NCBI GenBank assembly: GCA_040285825.1
Contig: JAUPSS010000011.1
Coordinates: 1,003,658 to 1,067,657 of the forward strand
Direction of reading: 5' to 3'
From: Eukaryota sp. TZLM1-RC
Lineage: Eukaryota; Protista; Metamonada: BaSk clade
DNA: 64,000 nucleotides
This document shows positions 58,900 to 64,000 of the stretch, one piece after another (the first letter of the stretch is position 1; every line of letters starts with the position of its first letter). A program made the position numbers and the translations under genes. The notes under the pieces were generated by a model. That model saw nothing but the letters and a program-made list of their open reading frames with translations. It was not told where the DNA came from and ran no database searches.

Positions 58900-60722
58900 A
58901 CAGCTATTCACAAAACTTTAGATAACATTATGTTGTTGTTGAATTCAAATTGAATTAGTAGGTTTCTTTGTATTTTGACTGATGACGTGATACTCATTTA
59001 TGAATCAGTTTTATTAATAAACTCAGATTTCTCTCTCCTTCGTGTGTTCATCTGCCTAACGGCATCAATAATTATGGGCCCTTTTTATATCAGATGACTG
59101 TACCCTCTGTCAACCTCCCGTCTCTTTCAAAATGGAGTGCTTAATTGGATCATTTTATGAGATACAAAATATCTCAAACTTTGAAGAGTTTTTAGATTCT
59201 AAATATGAGACTAATGCCAACTTTATGGGTGGAGTAATATTGTATCCCATTTGGAAAAAATATATTGGTGATAATATTTTGTTTAATGAGTTTATTGATG
59301 AAGTAATATCTTCAATGACTAATAAATATGAGGTTTTAATTAGAATTGATGAGATCTCCATGAAAATTGAAAGTGTTTTTCTGTTCCTACAGAAGTGGAA
59401 GATCTATTCTTCTGTGACTCCTAAGAAAGAGCTTGTTCCAGCAAGACTCCTGGTCGATCCTTTTCTGTTAGAGTCCCAATCTCTCCAGAAATTCGACTTC
59501 TGATGCAGTGACGATGTTCTTTTCAGACATCTACAATCTGGCGTATCGTTCGCCGTGTACGAAGATTTTAGTCTGGCTATGTCAGAAATGAAGCTTGATG
59601 TCCGTATTGGGGACGTCCGAGAATGTATGTCCTGTTACCTGCGACAATTCTTCCAGGTAAAGAATAGGGCTTCCGGACTGAACTTGCAAGACATAGCTTT
59701 TTTGAACCGATTTGCCAGAGGAATTCTTCCCGAAGTCTTCAACGTTATACCAACGATGCACCGGAGAATTTAGCAAACCCCATATCTTCCCTCTATTGGG
59801 CCAGTACTGTATTTGTCCTCAAAAAAATGGGAAAAACTAGTGTTGTTGTTGAACTCAAATTGAATTAGTAGGTTTCTTTATATTTTGACTCATGACGCGA
59901 TACTCATTTATGAATCAATTTTATTAATAAACTCAGATTTCTCTCTCCTTCGTGTGTTCATCTGCCTAACGGCATCAATCAAGCAAAATTTATTCTTCTT
60001 TCAGAATTGTCGCTTATAGGATGATTTTTCCCTGATAGGTTCATTGATTTGCTGCGATCGGTTGCTCAAGAAATTGCCTATCCATATGAAAATATGGGCT
60101 TCATCTCAAACAAATGCGAACAACTGCCTTCTGATTGGCTTTTCTGTTGAGGATCTTGTGATTAATGATTCTGTTGTCCCTTTTACTAACTATAGTAGTG
60201 ATGCCTTCAAATTTCATGGTTGCTGGTTAAGAAATGTGCCTCCATTTCAAAATGATTTACATGTTATTTTGGAAAAATGAAAACTGAACTTGTTTCAATT
60301 TCTTCCTTAGATTTAGAAAAACATATAAAATTTTTCATGCTGAAAAATTGCTATACTGGAAAAATAACCCACATTTTGAGATCTTGTGCTCCTTGCATAG
60401 CATTAGATTTTTGTCGTTCTTTTAATTCATTGAGAACAGAATTCTTTGCAAGTTTATTGGATGTAGATCCAGTAATGTTGAAAAATCACTTATTTTCTGT
60501 GGTAAATTTTGGTGGTATTGGATTTACATCTTTTATTTTGTGTCAATCAGCATTTTTCGGTGGAGGCAAGAATTTTATTTATGAACTTTAGATTTCCTGA
60601 AGATTCTCATTTGTTAGATCCAAATACCAGTCCATATTTGATTGAGTTATCTTGTGAGCCTTAGTAATTGCCACCACAACTCTAGACCAAATGTTTTCCT
60701 CAATCAATTCAAGAAATTCCAG
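58900..60722 (+). mobile_element. Old subfamily A-like fragment, interrupted by the diverged Gag-only LTR element
   Basis: GCTATTCACAAAACTTTA..ATTA on the left continues as ATCAAGCAAAA on the right. ORFs 60044..60280 and 60277..60591. Confidence 0.8.
58931..59977 (+). mobile_element. Older, degenerate Gag-only LTR element
   Basis: 137-bp LTRs at 58931-59067 and 59841-59977 (5 differences), TSD ATTA/ATCA, PPT, and gag ATG at 59094. Carries an insertion of about 228 bp and a deletion of the zinc-knuckle region. Confidence 0.88.
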
Positions 60723-61039
60723 ATTTTGAGGATGTGGAGCTTTAGTTGTGTAATTGATGATTGTTGCTGTTTGATAAATAAAAGGCTACTTGAAAAAAAT
60801 AACCGTTATAGTTCCAATTCCAATGTACCACATTCATTTAAAAAGAAACCTAACCAAATACTTTCAAAAGCTTCTGTATTGGAGGTTTTTGATGCGATTG
60901 ACTGGAATGTATGATAATGAACTTTTCAAAAATATATGCATATATATGCATATTTCGACTGTTGTAAATCAAGATCTTCACTCATTGTTAATTTTTTTTA
61001 AAAAAACTGGAATATTTATTGAGATAAAAATAACCATCT

Positions 61040-63845
61040 AGAATTCAATATCCTCCAAACAAGCGTCACTATTACTGAACCTACTCACAGCATTACGTTC
61101 ATATTCTACACCGATAGCTAAAAGTGCCTTTGAAATCATTGTAGGAATTTTTTTTTTAAAATTTAATTTTATTCTAAACCTATAAATCAACATCTAAAAA
61201 ATCCATCTCTCCCAAAACAAAAACACTAGATGCAACTTTCTCATAGTGAGATCCAAGAGAAAGCAAAGCATCAGAAACCATCTTCAACATTCCCTTAAAA
61301 ATAGAAAACACAATTCTATTTTGCCAAAACAATCTGTTGAAATTTCTGCCAGTTCTTCTCTTTACAATCATTTCAAAATCATCCAAAAAACGTAAAGCAG
61401 TTGGTGCAAGTGAACCAAAAAGGGAAAATACAAATGGATACAAATTGTATTTTGCATGCTGTAGACTGGCCAATTTGGACAAAGGTTCATTGTATTTTTT
61501 GAATTTAAAATTTTCAGCATTTGAAAGGGGATTATGAATTTCAGAATTAACAAGCCTTTCATTTGAGGCATTACAAGGATCAACAGACATCACATCCAAT
61601 AAAATGAAGCTTCCATCTAATCCAGGTAATATGACATCACCTCTATTATTCTTATGAAAATCATTTTCAGCATCAAACAGATTTGACAACAAAGGTTCCA
61701 AGAAGGATTCAATTCTATGAGATTTACACATACAATATAACTGGTCTCTTACAGCATCATGAACCTTGCTTCTAAAAGTAATAAAATGTTTACAATTTAA
61801 CAAATGAGTAGTTGTAATTTCTCGAGAACATTTACAAATTAAATTATGAGGTAAATTATCAGGCCAGATAAAGGAACGAAATCTCATATTCAGAGTCCAA
61901 GCAGAATCGGATAAGAGAGTACCATAAACTTGTGGAATTGTTGTTACTAAGGCAGAAGAAGTACTGTCACACATATCTTGTAAAAGATTTGCAAAAGCGG
62001 GATTCTTTTTCTTGGCCAAGCCAAGTCTAACATCAAAATCCAAGCATTGTAGGAATAGACTTGAAAATGCAAAAAACAATTCTATTTAACCAGAAAGTGG
62101 AGTTCATTGTTTTACCAGACCTATTTAGTAACACTTTTTTAAAATTTTCCAAAAAGTGCAACCCCGAAGGTCCAATATTGCCAAAAAGAGAAATTGCAAA
62201 CGGCACAAACTGATATTTTCACATGTTTCACTCTACCTAACTGTGCCAAAGGTTCTTCATATTTTTTTATCTTCTTTTTTTCGGCGTTAGATAACGGCGA
62301 ATCAGCGGAATACAGTAAACGAGCAGCAGAATTTTTGCAAACATCAACTGAGACAACATCTACAACATTGATAACACCATCGATCCCTGGAGCTACTAAA
62401 TCTGCCCTTCTTTTACCAAAGGAATCATCAGTTTGATCTGAAGACAGCTTACGTACTAGTGGCTCAATAAATGCCTCTATATTGAAACTTTTGCACATGG
62501 CATATAATTGATCACGAACTGAGTCATGAACAATTGAGCGATAAGTTATAAAATACTTACAGTTTAAAATATGGGAAAGCGTAACAACACTCTTGCAGCG
62601 ACAAATTAAATCATTTGGTATGAACAAGGCCATAGAAAACATCTCATTCTCATTGCAGTGGTCCATTGGTGATCATTGAGTAGAAGGCCATAAATGTTGG
62701 GAATTTGGGAGATTAGGCAACTTGAACAACTGTCTTCAAGATCAATAAGTTTGCAAAAACGGGATTTTTTTTAGCCAAGCTAAGACGTACAATACAATCC
62801 AAGTTTTCTAAAACTTTCAAGATTTTTTTCTGCAATTTTGCAAAAGTCAGTAGTAAGGAGAGCAAGCTTCTTGGAGGAAGTTCCACAATATCAGAGGGGA
62901 AACATTTAGACCAAATATTGGGTGAAAGAGTTTCAATTGCCTGTTGCAAAGAAATAAGATAAGAGCTGCCACAATTTTCAATGAAATGAATTTTTTCAAG
63001 AAAACGATTCACAAATTCATAAATAAAATTCTTTCCACCTCCAATAAAGGCAGCTTTACAAAGGTAGCTTGATTTATGAAAATCAACACCACCAAAATTT
63101 GTACCACAAAAAATGTGGCTTCGTAACTGAGATGCATCAATTTCCAATAATTTTGCTACAAAATTGGTTCTTTGTTCAATAAAAATGCGACAAAACTCCA
63201 AAGAAATTGATGGTGATGTAGATCTCAAAATATGAGTAAATTTTCCAGAATAACAGATTTTTAGGAAAAAGAATTTCAAATGTTTCTCAATATTTAAATT
63301 TTCTATTGATTCTAATTCATTTCCAAATTGAGTCAACAGAGTCGAAAGTTGGCCTTTCACTTCATCAATATTTCCGAGATAACAACCCAAAAAACGAAAA
63401 CCAGACTGATCATAATTGATAAAGGGGACATTGACATCATTAATGAAAAAATCAATTGGTTCATGGCCGATAATCAAACATTTGGAGATATTCAATGAGA
63501 GACCATTATCTTCATAACGCTGTTGAATAAAAATTGCTATTTGTTTCAGAATTGTAATAGGAGCAATTACAGAAATGTCATCCATATATGCTACAATATC
63601 TATTTCTGGGAATTTTTCTTTCAATTCGCACATTAATGGATGAATTGCCAGACAAAAGAAAAAAGGACCAAGTGGATCACCTTGTTTAACACCTGAAGAC
63701 GAAAGCAGGTCAAAGTTTTCATAGACCAATGTGGATGATTTTCCATAAAATGAATAGAAAAAAGGCTCAACTTCAGGAAAATGCTTTCGCAGCAAAGGTA
63801 AAATGGAAGAACGAGATACAGAATTGAAAGCATTCTTAAAATCAT
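61040..63845 (-). mobile_element. Subfamily E (RT plus RLE) containing a 5'-truncated A copy at 61149-62044
   Basis: ORFs 62713..63795 (QGDPLGP, YMDD), 62139..62666 and 61180..62079. TSD CATTGTAGGAAT at 61137-61148 and 62045-62056. Confidence 0.88.
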
Positions 63846-64000
63846 TGTTATTGGAAAAAGATGTTTGTGAAAATCAGTCATCAGATTCTTCACTGTTTGT
63901 GACCACTGTTAATACGAAGATTTGGACTGTGTGTCAATAATGAAGCATTTGTTACAAAAATGAGATTATATTTGAATATCCTCATTGATGTGAATTCGAA

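Noticed and set aside
58681-58931. tRNA-gene-targeted insertion of the LTR element (about 180 bp downstream of tRNA-Glu)
   Set aside because: Single case, and the other insertion site has no tRNA nearby.

Overview
This is AT-rich eukaryotic DNA, most likely from a protist: it has 27-31 nt spliceosomal introns, a eukaryotic NHP2 gene and a tRNA-Glu gene. Roughly two thirds of the window is a nest of non-LTR retrotransposons of the RT plus restriction-like endonuclease (RLE) type, similar to the CRE clade. At least seven subfamilies occur (my labels A-F, H and minor ones), inserted into one another with 11-14 bp TSDs. Positions 1-13 kb are a tandem duplication of an A/B nest. Inside the retroelements sits a 1.1-kb LTR element that encodes only Gag, with 140-bp TG..CA LTRs, a PPT, a 4-bp TSD, no pol and no obvious tRNA PBS. 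It occurs as a 3x tandem array, a single copy and an older diverged copy, and there is a possible longer related solo LTR. Host genes appear from 34.8 kb onward: a B-box protein, a small N-acylated protein, NHP2 (first intron GA-AG as sequenced), an AT-hook protein with 40-aa repeats, an NDC1-like membrane protein, unknown ORFs and tRNA-Glu(CTC). The most notable observations are (1) a degenerate Fanzor (eukaryotic TnpB-like) gene followed by a structured omegaRNA-like region, (2) the Gag-only mini-LTR family, (3) a 391-bp fold-back with G-U-biased mismatches over the 3' end of a membrane-protein ORF, and (4) the GA-AG intron. Many frameshifts in young copies fall in homopolymers and may be long-read errors. 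Boundaries of degenerate fragments are approximate.
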